Below are positions 1 to 36,717 of a stretch of DNA of 64,000 nt, in pieces (positions within the stretch are counted from its first letter, which is position 1; each line of letters starts with the position of its first letter). The notes beneath the pieces were generated by a model, which had not been told where the DNA came from, did not search any database, and saw only the letters and a program-made list of their open reading frames with translations. Where the stretch lies: positions 284,432,405 to 284,496,404 of the forward strand of contig NC_058135.1 of assembly GCF_016433145.1 (NCBI RefSeq), in the 5' to 3' direction. A program made the translations under genes and the position numbers. The DNA is from Gracilinanus agilis (taxonomy: Eukaryota).

Positions 1-900
1 CCGCCTGGCCGGCCAGCCCCTGGCCCCTCCCCCTGCCCGCCCCGCGCGCCTCGGGGGCCCGGGGGGCCGCGTGCTGGGGGCCCGGGGGCGCCGGGGGGCT
101 GGCGCAGGCCGAGGGGGAGGATCCAGCCGGGGAGGGGGCGCCGCCGAGCACAAAGGGCGGCCGCTCGGCGGGGGGATGCGGCGGCCCGAGCCAAACAGGG
201 CCAAGGGAGCGCGGGAGCCCGAGGCCGGGGGCGCCGGGGACAGGGCCACAGAGCGGCGACCCCGGGGCCCCCAGCGGCGGAAGGGCGGCGGGCTACGCCC
301 CGGGAAAGGCTGCCCTCCGGCTTCCCCGGGGCACGGGAGCGCGGGCAGGGGGAGCCGCCCGTCTCCTTGGCAGGGGGCTAGCCCTGGGGAATACGGCCAG
401 AGAGCCCGGGGGCCCCGAGAGGGAACGGAGCTGCCCTTTGCCACCCCCGCCCCCTCCTGGCCTGCTGGCCTCGTGGGCCCAGACCCCGCCCTCCCCTTTC
501 GGGCCGCTATTTCTTTTGTCCCTTAAGGTGAACCCAGCCGGGGCCCCCGGGCTCGCGGAGGAAGGGCCCCCCTTCGGGCGGGCTTTTCAGCCGAGCCCCA
601 TCTCAGGCAGACGGGCGGAAGCTCCACCGGGGAGCCGGCCAGGTGCCCGCCGAGTGGCCGGGGCGCCGGCCAAGACTTGCCCACAGAAACGGGGCAGAGG
701 GTAGAACCGATGCCCAGCAGGGACGGGCACTGAAGCTCAGGCAGCAGGTTCTCCGGTGCCCGGATGTCCCCGCGGCTAAGAGCCCCCGCAATGGTTAGCC
801 TCCATTTGGACACTTCCGGGGATGGGGAGCTCACGGTCTCACCGGTCAGCCTCTTCTCTTATTGGTCAAGCACTGATTGATACCAAGTTCTGCTTTAACT
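1..900. promoter_or_regulatory. CpG island, probably the promoter/5'UTR of the next minus-strand gene (VWCE by synteny)
   Basis: Very high GC/CpG, GC boxes, ETS ACTTCCGG near 812 and a CCAAT-like site near 860. No VWCE coding sequence is seen in the window. Confidence 0.55.
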
Positions 901-999
901 GGGCTGCAACCTGCCCCTCTGAAACTGAGCCGGGGGGCCTTAGGGGGCATTTTAGTTTAATTGCCCTTTAGAGAGGAAGAAACGGAGGCTCGGCTCCTG

Positions 1000-1190
1000 G
1001 CAGAGTGGAAAGAGCCCTCGACTGGAGGTGGGACCTGGGTTCAAATCCTGACTCTGCTGCTGATTTTTTTTTTTTTCTATGAGATTTTGACCGTTATTTA
1101 GTCTCTCCGAGCTCCAGTTTCCTGGTCTGTAAAACAAGGAAGCTGAACTAGCTGGTGTCCGTGGTGCTTTCCCACACGCCAACTCTATGG
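1000..1190 (+). mobile_element. MIR/CORE-SINE fragment
   Basis: B-box GGTTCAAATCC plus the core CAGTTTCC..TCTGTAAAA. Confidence 0.7.
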
Positions 1191-1244
1191 CCCCATGACC
1201 CCTAGGGGCAGCTGGGCTGGCCCTGGAGTGGGAAGACATCTTCC

Positions 1245-1410
1245 TCCGTTCAAATGTGTACTAGTTATGTGACCCTGGGCAAGTCACTTCACCCTATTCA
1301 CCTCCATTTCTTCATCTGTGAAATGAGATGGAGAAGGAAATCACGAACCACTCCAGTATCTTCACCAAGAAAACCCCCAAATGGGCTCCCAAAGTTGGAC
1401 CCACCAACGT
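1245..1410 (+). mobile_element. MAR1-type SINE (CORE plus RTE-like tail)
   Basis: GTGACCCTGGGCAAGTCAC..GGAGAAGGAAAT..AACCACTCCAGTATCTT..CCAAGAAAACCCC. Confidence 0.75.
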
Positions 1411-1729
1411 CCCAAAGAAAGTAAGTAGGAGAGCTGCAATTTGAACCCAGGTCCTTTGACTCCAGGCCCCTCAGTTCTGAAGCAAAGGGACATCTAATCC
1501 CTTCTTCCCGGTGCCTACCCTTCCAGCAGGGTCTTCTCTCTTTCCCAGGTAAAGCTGGGAAAAACCTCCGAGATCATCGAGTCACAGAATCACAGCAACG
1601 GAGGGTCTCCCCCCCTCCCCCCAGGAACTCTCGCTCTGACAATGGGTTCACGCCAAGTGAGGAGGCTCAAAGAGAGCTGAGCAGGGAGAAGCCGCCTCTC
1701 GTGGCAGCACTTTCCTTCTGCTGCTGGCT

Positions 1730-2080
1730 GTTGGTTGGTGGGTTGGTGGTTGTCCTTCATACTCAAAGAGGAGCAAACTGGCATCATTACGTGGGAGTCT
1801 GGGTGTCCGATGGGGGCTGACGAGACCCCGGGGAGCTTGACCTGAACCAGCATCTGCCAAGTCCTAAAATCGATGCCAAAGCTCTTCAGAGAGACCTTAA
1901 CGGTGTCCTTGTAGCGCTGCTTCTGACCTCCTGTGAGCGTCTGCCTCAGGTGCGCTCTCCATAAAAGTCTTTTCGACCAACACGGCCAGCCCACCAGAGC
2001 TGCACTCTTGGCACTAGAGGCTGAACGCCTGGCAGTGCAACCTGAGAGAGGACCTCAGTGTCTGCCACCATCCCCCTCCT
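1730..2080 (-). mobile_element. RTE-clade LINE 3' fragment
   Basis: Minus frame GGQKQRYKDTVKVSLKSFGID resembles the RTE ORF C-terminus; ends in CTCTTTGAGTATGAAGGACAACCACCAACC tail. Confidence 0.85.
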
Positions 2081-2481
2081 TCCTTTCTCTCCCGCCATGG
2101 AGATGGTAGACAATTTGATCTGGGCCATAGATGTATTATCAGGCAAAACACACTTCCGTACTGGTCATCGTGGTAAGAGCCCACTCATACAAAACCCAAA
2201 CCCCCAAATAAAACCATAAGTTCACTGATGCGAGAGATTGTATATGTTGATCCGCATCCATCCACTCCCACGGTTCTTTCTCTGGAGGTGGAGAGCGTTC
2301 CCCATTGTGAGTCTTTCAGGATTGTCTCGGATTATTGCATTGCTGAGAGGAGCCACGTTTTCATAGTTGCTCATCATACAATATTGTCATTACTGTGTAC
2401 AACGTTCTCCTGGTTCTGCTTATTTCACTCTGCATCAGTTCCTGCAACTCTTTCCAGCTTTTTCTGAAATCAACTTGCTTA

Positions 2482-2784
2482 GGCTGAGGGACTTCTGAGA
2501 AAGAAAACTAGCCACATTCAGAGGAAGAACTGTGGGAGCAGAAACCCAGAAGAGAAACAACTGCTGGAACACACGGGCTGATGGGGATATGATTGGGGAT
2601 GTAGACACTAAACAATAACTCTAGTCCAACTATCAATAATATGGAATTAGGCCTTGATCAATGATACAGTAAAACCCAGTGGAATTGTGGGTTGGCTAAG
2701 GGAGGTTAAGGAGGTTTGGGGGAGAGGGAAAGAACATGAAACATGGAACTATGGGAAAATATTCAAAATAAAATTTTTTTTAAA
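2482..2784 (+). mobile_element. 5'-truncated younger L1 3'UTR with 17-bp TSD
   Basis: TSD TGAAATCAACTTGCTTA at 2465-2481 and 2785-2801; marsupial L1-like 3' end with AATAAA. Confidence 0.8.
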
Positions 2785-2987
2785 TGAAATCAACTTGCTT
2801 ATTTCTTACAGCACAACAATATTCCATCACCATCATATACCACAATTTGTTCAGCCATTCCCCAATGGATGAACTTCATCCCTTCCATTTCCAATTCTTT
2901 GCCGTCACAAGAAGAGCTGCTAGAAATAGTTTTGTACAAATAGGACCTCCGCCCTCCCCCCTTTTACTCGATCAAAGATTATGAATA

Positions 2988-3163
2988 GGGGCAGCTGGGT
3001 AGCTCAGTGGATTGAGAGCCAGGCCTAGAGACAGGAGGTCCTGGGTTCAAATCCGGCCTCAGACACTTCCCAGCTGTGTGACCCTGGGCAAGTCACTTGA
3101 CCCCCATTGCCTACCCTTACCACTCTTCCACCTAGGAGCCAAAACACAGAAGTTAAGGGTTTA

Positions 3164-3204
<41 letters not shown>
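2988..3204 (+). mobile_element. Young full-length opossum-type SINE1, A36 tail, 15-bp TSD
   Basis: GGGGCAGCTGGGTAGCTCAGTGG..GGTTCAAATCC..; TSD AAAGATTATGAATAG at 2974-2988 and 3202-3216. Confidence 0.95.
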
Positions 3205-3206
<2 letters not shown>

Positions 3207-4759
3207 TTATGAATAGTTCAATAGCCCTTTGGGTATATTTTCAAATTGCCTCCCAGAATGGTTGGATCAGTTCACAATTCCACCAACAAGCATTGAGCAT
3301 TTCTCCATCTACTGTAGCAGAAAGATCCACATTTGTGGTGGAGAGCCTCCGTTTTCTTGGTCAAAATCAGCGCAAGTTGCAGAGAATCCATCCACGTCCT
3401 TCTTGGATAGCTCTAATCAGTCGGAAGCTTTTCCTAAACTTGCTTCCGTGCAACTTCTACCCAAAGCTCCTCGTGGTGTCCTCTAAGACCAGACAGGCCC
3501 GATCTGATTCCAGTTCCAAAGGAAGAGCCGTCCCGTCCTTGAAGCTGGCTGCCATCTCCCTCAGGCTTCTCCGGGTCAGATCTGCTCGGTTCTTTTTACT
3601 AGTCCTCCTAGGCCACAGACTCCAGAACCTTCGCCCTCCTCTGACAGTTCACCGCTGTCCTTTTTAAATGATGGTGCCCAGAGGCAAAGCGAGAGCCTTA
3701 GATGGGCTAGGCTAAGGGCAGGGTACGGGAGATTCTCATGTCTATTCCTGTGCAACGTGGCGCCCCGAAGCTGGTCAGGGATCCAACTGTGACCCCCGCG
3801 GTGGCCGCTCTCTTCAGGAGCCCGCCCCGGCCTACTTGCCCCCTTGGAAGCCAACCCGTCGATCCAGGTAGTTCTTCGCCAAATGACTCAAATGGCGAGT
3901 AAGAATTCTGGTCAAAAACATGTCCCCCAGCTTGGGGAGAAGCGTGTCCTCATAGGGCGGTCTATCGGGTGCTTCCCCGGGCAGGGCCCAGCGACAGGGG
4001 TTCCTCGCTAAGCTGCTCCTGGCTTGGCTGCACTCTTCAGGAGGAACCCGACATCGTCCTTCCAGCTAGAACCAGCCCCCTCGGCTTAGGGCAAGCAGAA
4101 GCCTCTTTCTTCCCACGAATTCCCTCAGACTCAACTGCCAATAGTGTCGCTTCCGGGCAGGGGCCAGGAAAGTCTTTCCGGACTCAGGAGTCCCCTCCGC
4201 CTTGCCTCAGGGCAACGCGCCATCCAGTTGAGGGGAAAATCCTCTGGTGACTTTAGGAAGCTGAAGGACTTGGGCCGAGGCAGGTGGGCAGCCCGGGCTT
4301 GGGAGGCCTTTTCTGGCTTGCTGAGCCCCAAGTGCCCCCCATCTTATACTTGTGGGTGCCCAAGCACGAGGCTTTCCGCGGATCCTGACTCGGGCATCCA
4401 ACACGCTGGGGATCTCCCCCGGCTTTGTGTCCTCTGCGTGGGACTCGTGGCTTGACCCGAATCACTGGAAAACGTTAGCCAGCCCAGGGCGAGGGCAGGT
4501 CCCTGGGACACGGCACTGGAGAGCCCGAAACCCACGACACGTTGAGTCCAGTCATGGAACAGGTGTGGCCTGGAGCTGCATATCCTCGAATCCCTCGTTT
4601 TAGAGACGGAGGAGCTGGCTCTAAAAGGGTTGGACTGACTCACCCACCTCTGGTTCCTTCCCGATTCTTCACCCTCCGCTCACCCATCTCTCGGCAAACC
4701 CTCTTGTTGGGGACTTTCAAAATCCAAACTTTCTGCCTTGGAATCCATACTGAGTATTA

Positions 4760-4916
4760 GCTCCAAGGCAGAAGAGAGATTAAGGGCTGAGCAATTTGGG
4801 GGTTAAGTGACTTGCCCAGGGTCACACAGCTAGGAAGCGTCTGAGACCAGATTTGAACCCGGGACCTCCCATTTCCTGGCCTGGCTCTCAGGCCACAGAG
4901 CCACCTAGCTGTCCCC
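4760..4916 (-). mobile_element. SINE1/WSINE-type SINE
   Basis: AAGTGACTTGCCCAGGGTCACACAGCTAGGAAG..GATTTGAACCC..CTAGCTGTCCCC. Confidence 0.85.
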
Positions 4917-5067
4917 GTCAGAGAAAAATGTGGAATGGACGACCTCCAAACTAAGCACAAGATTCCAAATGCAGTCTGACCAGGGCGCCAGGGGGAGGCT
5001 CCCCTGTCCCATCGTTAGCTCAGATTGGGTTTAGAATGAAAGGATTTGGTCAGAAAAGACCTTTGTT

Positions 5068-5280
5068 AGGGGCAGCTGGGCAGCTCAGTGGATAGAAAGC
5101 CAGGCCGGGAGACAAGAGGTCCTGAGTTCAAATCTGACTGGAGACCCTTCCCAGCTGTGTGACCCTGGGCAAGTCACTTAACCCCATTGTGTGCCGAGCG
5201 CTTACGGCATTTCTGTCTGGGAATCCACACGCCATTTTGACTCAAAGACGGAAGTTAAGGGTTTAAAAAAAGGAAAAAGG
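5068..5280 (+). mobile_element. SINE1
   Basis: GGGGCAGCTGGG.AGCTCAGTGG head, A/B boxes, A-rich tail. Confidence 0.9.
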
Positions 5281-5519
5281 AGAGACTTTAATGGATCATT
5301 CCATCGAATTTCTTCCACTTACAGGTGAGGAATCTGAGGCCCAGACACAGGAAGTGACTTGTCCAAAGGCATAGATAAGCGGGCCCAAAGCAAATATTTG
5401 AATCCTCTCCGTGGATGCCAAATCTGAAGCCGATTCTGTTAGGCCGAGCCGCGTCCTCTAAGTGCAGTCCAAAGTCCCCAAGCCTTTTTTTTTTTTAACA
5501 TTAACTACTTTTCACATTC

Positions 5520-5716
5520 TTTTTTTTTTCCCATTTTTTTTAAACCCTTAACTTCTATGTATTGGCTCCTAGGTATAAGAGTGGTAAGGGTGGGCAATGG
5601 GGGTCAAGTGACTTGCCCAGGGTCACACAGCTGGGAAGTGTCTGAGGCCAGATTTGAACCCAGGACCTCCCGTCTCTAGGCCTGACTCTCCGTCCACTGA
5701 GCTACCCAGCTGCCCC
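5520..5716 (-). mobile_element. Young SINE1
   Basis: Near-consensus sequence; TSD-like ACAT(T/G)AACTACTTTT on both sides. Confidence 0.92.
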
Positions 5717-6939
5717 TGACATGAACTACTTTTAAGCCAAGCTGGTACCGTCTCCTGCACCTGTCTAGCTACTGAACCCCGGACTTGGAGTTTGTCACTC
5801 TTACTTCATCTTGTTAGAGTCCACCCAACGGGCCAGCCCGAACTGAAAGGAAAAGAAAGCGTGTCCAGCAAATACACGGGTGAACCAAATCCAAGAAACG
5901 GCGCGAGGCAGGTCAGCGTGCGCCGTCCCTAAAAATCAAGCCCCCACGCTAAGGCCCCGACCCTCCTCCCTGACCCCCGAGAGGCAGCTCAGGGCCCCAC
6001 AAAGCCTCCGTGCTCAGCTGGACTAGATGCCCTCCGAGGCAGAGGGGACGAGCCACCTTTGGAGAATAAAGCTGGCAGCGCTCCAAACAGGGCTAAAACG
6101 TTGAACGAAAGGAAGGAAAATGCCAGAGAAAGCAGACGTTAGCAGGTGGCTCTCTGCGGCCATGCTCAGCCGCGCTTCTGTGGCCCCTTTCAGCCCAAAC
6201 ATCCCGCCTTCTACGTCCGAATAGCCCTTCCAATAGCCCAGCGGTCTTGGTTCGAAGGCCAGTTGGTAGACTGAGGCCCCTGGCAGGTCTGCTCTCGCTT
6301 CCAGATTCCCTGAAAACGTTCCGGGCTCTTAAAGGTATTTGTGGCCTCCCGGAGCGGCTAAAACCACAAAGGCAACCACGAGCTGGCGTCAGAAGCGGCG
6401 CCACGTCCCTCTTCTGCCCCGAAGCCCCATCGGCCCCTGCCCCCGCTCTGGCCACTCCGCCGCGCCCCTTCGGGCTCCTGGGCCTCAGATTCAGGCCCCG
6501 AACCGAGGCACAGCGGACCTTCAGCTCCGAGTGCTCGAGCCCCGACCTTAGGTCCTGCGAGGGTTCGAGAGCCTCCAGCAGGGTTCTCCTAGGTCAGTCG
6601 GCTTCCAGGAGAGTCCCAGGCTACCCTGGGGGGGTTTGGAACAGAAGATAAGCCGGGGGTCTGGGTCTGGGTCTGTCCAACGACTCCACGCAAGGGAAGT
6701 GCCTCCTTTTCTCTGGCACGAATCCGTGCTACGCGCCTTTTCCTTTGTGCCAGCGGAATGATGTCCTGCGTCCACTCTGCAGAGAGCCGGTGGCCCCCTC
6801 CCTCGCTGCTTCCCTTTGGGCTCCCCGAGGACCCAGCTGGGGTGCCCTCCCCCATAGCAAGCCTTCCCTTCTTCAGCTCCCCAGCAGGGCTCGAGCCCAC
6901 CTCGCGTGGTCTCATCCTTACATTTACTGTCTAAATGTT

Positions 6940-7080
6940 GTCCCTCAGGCAGTGGATGGAGAGCCAGGCCTGAAGAGGAGGTCCTGGGTTCAAGTGTGGC
7001 CTCAGACACTTCCCAGCTGGGTGACGGGGCAGATCATTCAAGCCCCCTTGCCTAGCCCTCCCTGACCACACTTGTGCCTT
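6940..7080 (+). mobile_element. Degenerate SINE1
   Basis: CAGTGGATGGAGAGCCAGGCCT..GGGTTCAAG..CTCAGACACTTCCCAGCTG. Confidence 0.8.
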
Positions 7081-8549
7081 GGAAGCATGTAAGAGTTCTA
7101 GGTTGGAAGGGAAGTTTTTGGTGGATTTTTGGTCAGTCCCAAGGGATGATGAGCTCCCCAAAGCCAGGATTATTTTGCGTCTTTCTAGCTTCGGTATCAA
7201 GCCCAGCGTCTGGCCTGTGCTTATAAAGAGGCTTTTATCCTTATTACATTTTGTAATAGGTGCTCAGGAAGCATCTCCCGACTAGGAGTGCTCCGGCCTG
7301 CCATCGGGGATCTCCGCCAGGCTGGCGCCGCCCCCCGGCTAGCCCCCTCTCCCCCAGACTCCAAGGTTTGCTTCCTGCCCAATCCTGGCAGCTGGCAGAC
7401 TCCCCGGAATGAGCCCTTCCTCGGAGCAGCGTCTCTGCGATGGCTGGCTCGCACCCCACTGCAAACAATCATGTGATGAGTCAGGGAGCTTCTCTGATTT
7501 TCCCAAAGGGCGCTCCGTGCGGAGGCCTGGACTGAGGTTTAGCTCATCGGACGCTTCGTGGAAAGGGGCCCTTCCAGCTGGCCAGTCAGTTCTCCCGACG
7601 GCCCTTCACCTCAGGAGTGATTCATGGGGCCTGCAGGGGCTTTCAGAAGGGCTGCTGGGGGGGGGAGGGGCAGGATGTGTCAGGCCGACCCTAATTCTGA
7701 ATGACCCTTCCCAGGAGTGCGGCCCCCAGGGAATAAAAGAATAAAAGGGCCAGTTTCTGGAGCTCCCAACTTAGGATGAGACAGGAGGCCCAGGACAGCC
7801 CGCTATTCTCCAAATGACAGAGCGGGAATAGGGCCCGATGGCCTGATCGATAGGGAAACTGAGGCTACACTAACCTGTCCAAGGTTACCCGGTCAGCAAG
7901 GAACAGTGGCTGGGCCAGGGCTAGAAAATGGGTCTCCAGATTGCCAGCCCAACGTTCTCCTTAGGACACCAAGAGCCACAGCCGTGGAAAGGTGTTAAGA
8001 AGCCACTGGGGAGAGCAGAACCTTGGTGGAATTCTACCTGGGTCCCAGGGTGTGCTCCTCAGCTGGGGAGGCTCAGGAAGTCCATTTTTCCATTCACCCA
8101 GAGGCTCTGCATAACGGAAGAATACCAAACGCACAAGAGACTGATTCATAAACTTGAAAACCAATTTATTAATTTACAATGGGACTGGAGGAGGGGAATA
8201 AGGGATAGATCTTCCCAGGGATCAAGATATCCAAGTCCATGACCCAGAGCCCCCCTTTCTCAATATTTTGGGGGAAAAAACCAAACCCTAGTCATCAGGA
8301 GGCCACCTGGAGAGCAAGGAATCAGAGCCGAGGGCGGTAGATGGTTTTGAGGAATGTTCTATTCAGGCTGTGGTAGAAGCTGGACCGTTACCCCAGCTCT
8401 ACCACAAGGCAATACCCCTGCAGACACGAGTGTCTTCGTTGGATGGTACTGGATTAAGGTTGTCAGATCCTATCCCTTTGGAGCTTCTTGCGTGGGTCAC
8501 TTTGACAACAGATTTGTTAGAACTAAATCACAGCCAATTGAATGTTTTT

Positions 8550-8690
8550 CACCGAGGGCCACAGGATTTGTAGCTGGAAAGGATCATGGGGGTCATGTCA
8601 TCCAATCTCTTTATTTTAGGGGTGACACTACGGAGGCCCAGAAAAAGGCTCTTGTCCATGAACCCACAGGTACCGTAAGTCCTAGTGCCT
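8550..8690 (-). mobile_element. Ancient MIR fragment
   Basis: Minus strand CTGGGCCTCCG..TAAAATAAAGAGATTGGA..TCCTTTCCAGCTACAAATCCTGTG matches the MIR 3' half. Confidence 0.55.
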
Positions 8691-9339
8691 ATATATGAAC
8701 TCAGTTCCTTTCACACAAAAGCAATGTTCTATCCACATTATAATTTGGCAAAAACACCATTTTCTCAAGTGCCTTTGGGACAAAACCTCAATTTCATCCA
8801 CAATCCATTTACAAACCATGATCTGGGGCGGGCAGCTTCTGCTCTTTATCTTGGCTCTGCCATACCCATACAGTGTCTTCATTTGGCTTTCAGAAGGTGA
8901 CATTTTCTGATCTTGTCTGCAGCCATCCTGCCCTCAATATGCAATCACTCAAGACAAGTGGGCTGATCGCATGGGTGCAGTCTTCCTGACTTTAGCTGAA
9001 AGGTACAACCCGCCTTCCTCGCCAAGACTGGACCCAGCAAAGGGCAGCTCGCCTAATCGAATCTGAACCCTGCCTTCCAACAATTAAATTCCACATTTCG
9101 GTTATCAAAATCAAATGGTGTCTTTAGGAGATGACTTTGAGAGGTCTCATGAGACAGAAATCAGTTGGCTCCTCTCTTCAGAAGGCAGGGGAGAAAAACT
9201 GCAGAGGAGGAAGCCCCACTGGCGAACTAGCCTCCGTGTTTACACTCACTCTCCAGACCTTTTAGTGGGGTTGAGGCCCCTCTACAAGTGGGGAGGGAGG
9301 CCAGTATCTCTCTGTTCTCCCACCCATCTCCACATCCTG

Positions 9340-9660
9340 CCAGTCCCCTTCAGGACCCAGAGTTCTGACCTGCTGCTGGTTCTCTAGTGCTTGTAGGATT
9401 AAAGTTCTAGACTTAGCCTGGCATGCCAGGCCCTCCACCATCTGGCTCCAACCTCCTCTTCTCAGCCTGATTTCACAGCTCTCCACACTCCAGCCTCGGC
9501 ATTCTCCTTGCCACATCTGATCTGCTCTACTTGACCTCCACAATAAGCCTGGGACAGACTTCCCCATCCCCAAGACAATGGATGCCTCGCTGAGAGGTTC
9601 CCCTTCACTGGAAGCCCAGGTTGGGAACTAGGCACCTTCTCCATGAAGCTGCCTGGATTT
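9340..9660 (+). mobile_element. L2 3' fragment (contains the 73-bp segment also found in DDB1 intron 25)
   Basis: Reverse complement has L2-like GGTTGGAGCCAGATGGTGGAGGGCC and CTTCATGGAGAAGGTG. Confidence 0.55.
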
Positions 9661-10639
9661 CTACTGCCTTCTGCTAACTCCTCCCTCCCTGGATGCTCTC
9701 AGGTGATGATTTGATCTTTCCTGAAGCATTTAATCCTATCAAAAGCAGGTATTTCTGCCTTCTATGACTCAAAAGCTCCTGGCCTCCACCCCTAACCCTT
9801 AACTGGCCTGCTCTCAGAATGACTTGAAGGCAGACCACTGGGGGAAGAGGTGGTCCATGTACACTTTCCCTCCAAGCTGAGACAGGCTCAATACTTCATG
9901 TTCTTTGAACTGAATTACAGCTAACTACCAGACCCACATTTCATTCTTGTGCTTCTCAGTCCAAAAGGTTATCAATGCTTACTTGAGCTGGCCAGGCTAA
10001 ACCAAGAGGAGAATAACTGTGGCATCAGGAGGCTGGCCAAACAGCTTGTGTTCTCCTCCTTTCTTTTCTAGCCTCTGAGAGCCTGGCCCTGGGGAGCTGG
10101 AGGTCATCAGAGGGAACTCCGGGAAAAATCTACCCTCCACATCCTGACCACTTGGTAAGAGACATGTGGAAGGAAAGTGGATGGAGGCATCCACGAGGCA
10201 AAGGGAGTCTAGGAGAAATGGAGGCAGTGGTGACTTCCCAGAGGAAACCAAAAGATTGTTACAAACATCCAAGTCACAAGAGCTCCTGTCCACCAGCCTA
10301 GAGCACAGGGAGGTTGGTCATCCAGAGGAGATGGGCAGCAGGCTGGGCGTGGGACGTGAAAGCAGCAGAGGCAAAGAAAGTTATTCAAATCCAGACATAT
10401 CTCCCTAGCTGGGACAATAGCAGGAGAGGAGGGGTGGAGGCCAGAAAGCCAAGGGACAATATTTACCAACACAAAGACAAATGATGAGATGCTGCCACAC
10501 ACAGGAAGGTGGGGAGGAGAGCCTAGAGCCCTTTCACTACTGGGCCCAGTCAGCTGAATCCAGCCAAGCCAGGCCAGGCCAGGCCAGGCAGAGGGGGAAG
10601 AGAAGCAGAAACAACGGGCTCTTTCCTCTTGGATTCTAC

Positions 10640-10645
10640 TTTATT
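10640..10645 (-). terminator. DDB1 polyadenylation signal AATAAA
   Basis: ttttaccaAATAAAgtagaa on minus strand, about 590 nt after the stop codon. Confidence 0.85.
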
Positions 10646-11236
10646 TGGTAAAACTCAGAAGCCAACAACCCATTTGCTTCCCCCACTCTCCTTTGTCCCT
10701 GAAGGCAGCAGCTCCCCAAGGGAGCCCTGTCTTCAGCTTGGGATGACCCAAGATCTCGGTCACCCCCCTGCCTACTCTCAGAGGCAGCAGTGGGAAGGCA
10801 AAAGGAGGCCCTGGCTTCAAAGACAATGAACCCCACCCACCCACCCCCAAAAGATCCTAGAGAACAGTGAATGAGTGAGAGTCACAGTTCTTCCCTTCAG
10901 CCAAAGAGCTATGAATTCCCTCCCTGCAAAGAGGAAAATTGGCCAAGACCAAGGCTTGGTGGTCCCTGGTGACAGTTGAACTGTGGGACAGGTGAAAACC
11001 CAGGCGTGAAAGTATTGTCACCCCCAGCCCATTTCCAATATCCCTAGTGAGCTGGTTTCAGCTCCAAGAATTACCCCATTTCCACACAGGGCAAACTGTG
11101 GCTTTTGGGGCTGCTGGACAGCTGGCTTGGGGAAAGGGTTCCCCCCCCCTCTACTAAAGAAAGAAGGGGGTGGGGGAAGACTCCAGGCTCAAAACATGGA
11201 GGGAGGTTCTAGGAAGGTTGGATCCCGGCCACGGGG

Positions 11237-36495
<25,259 letters not shown>

Positions 36496-36629
36496 CTAGA
36501 GCTGCCCCGGCGCAGGGCACCACGGGATGGGAGCACGCCCCGACCCCTAGCGGCTCGGAGGTCTCAGCCCGCCTCCTCAGCCTGAAGATGCCAGCAGCCG
36601 CAGGTCCCGCCCCTTCCGTCGTCCCGCCC

Positions 36630-36717
36630 CCTTCCGCCGAGTCCCGGATGGAAGGACGCTCTACCCGCCCCCTCTCGGCTCTTCGGGAGAGGAGCAGGCG
36701 CCGCGCGGCTGGAGCAG
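36630..36717 (+). other. TKFC: Probable non-coding first exon of TKFC (start approximate)
   Basis: Strong donor ggagcag|gtgagc in the CpG island, oriented toward TKFC. Confidence 0.6.

Larger units (their letters stand above)
2250..3310 (-). mobile_element. Old L1 3' fragment interrupted by two younger insertions
   Basis: TTCTCCTGGTTCTGCT..ATATACCACAATTTGTTCAGCCATTCCCCAAT..CCAGAATGGTTGGATCAGTTCACAA continues across both insertions. Confidence 0.8.

Noticed and set aside
1-900. Possible VWCE coding exon 1
   Set aside because: No suitable ATG or signal-peptide frame on the minus strand; only a promoter-level call by synteny is supportable.
2988-3070. tRNA-like A and B boxes at many SINE heads
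   Set aside because: These are tRNA-derived SINE promoters, not cloverleaf tRNA genes. No rRNA, tRNA or CRISPR array was seen in the window.
3107-3667. 186-aa ORF with a poly-lysine run
   Set aside because: The lysines are the SINE A36 tail and the rest is SINE/L1 sequence; no coding signature.
3758-3783. TGGCGCCCCGAAGCTGGTCAGGGATC resembles a tRNA-Lys primer-binding site
   Set aside because: It needs a 1-nt and a 6-nt insertion to match, and there is no upstream LTR poly(A) signal or downstream gag-like ORF.
8354-8910. Cluster of overlapping 70-114 aa ORFs, considered as a retroviral or pseudogene relic
   Set aside because: No recognisable motifs, and part of the region is a MIR on the minus strand.
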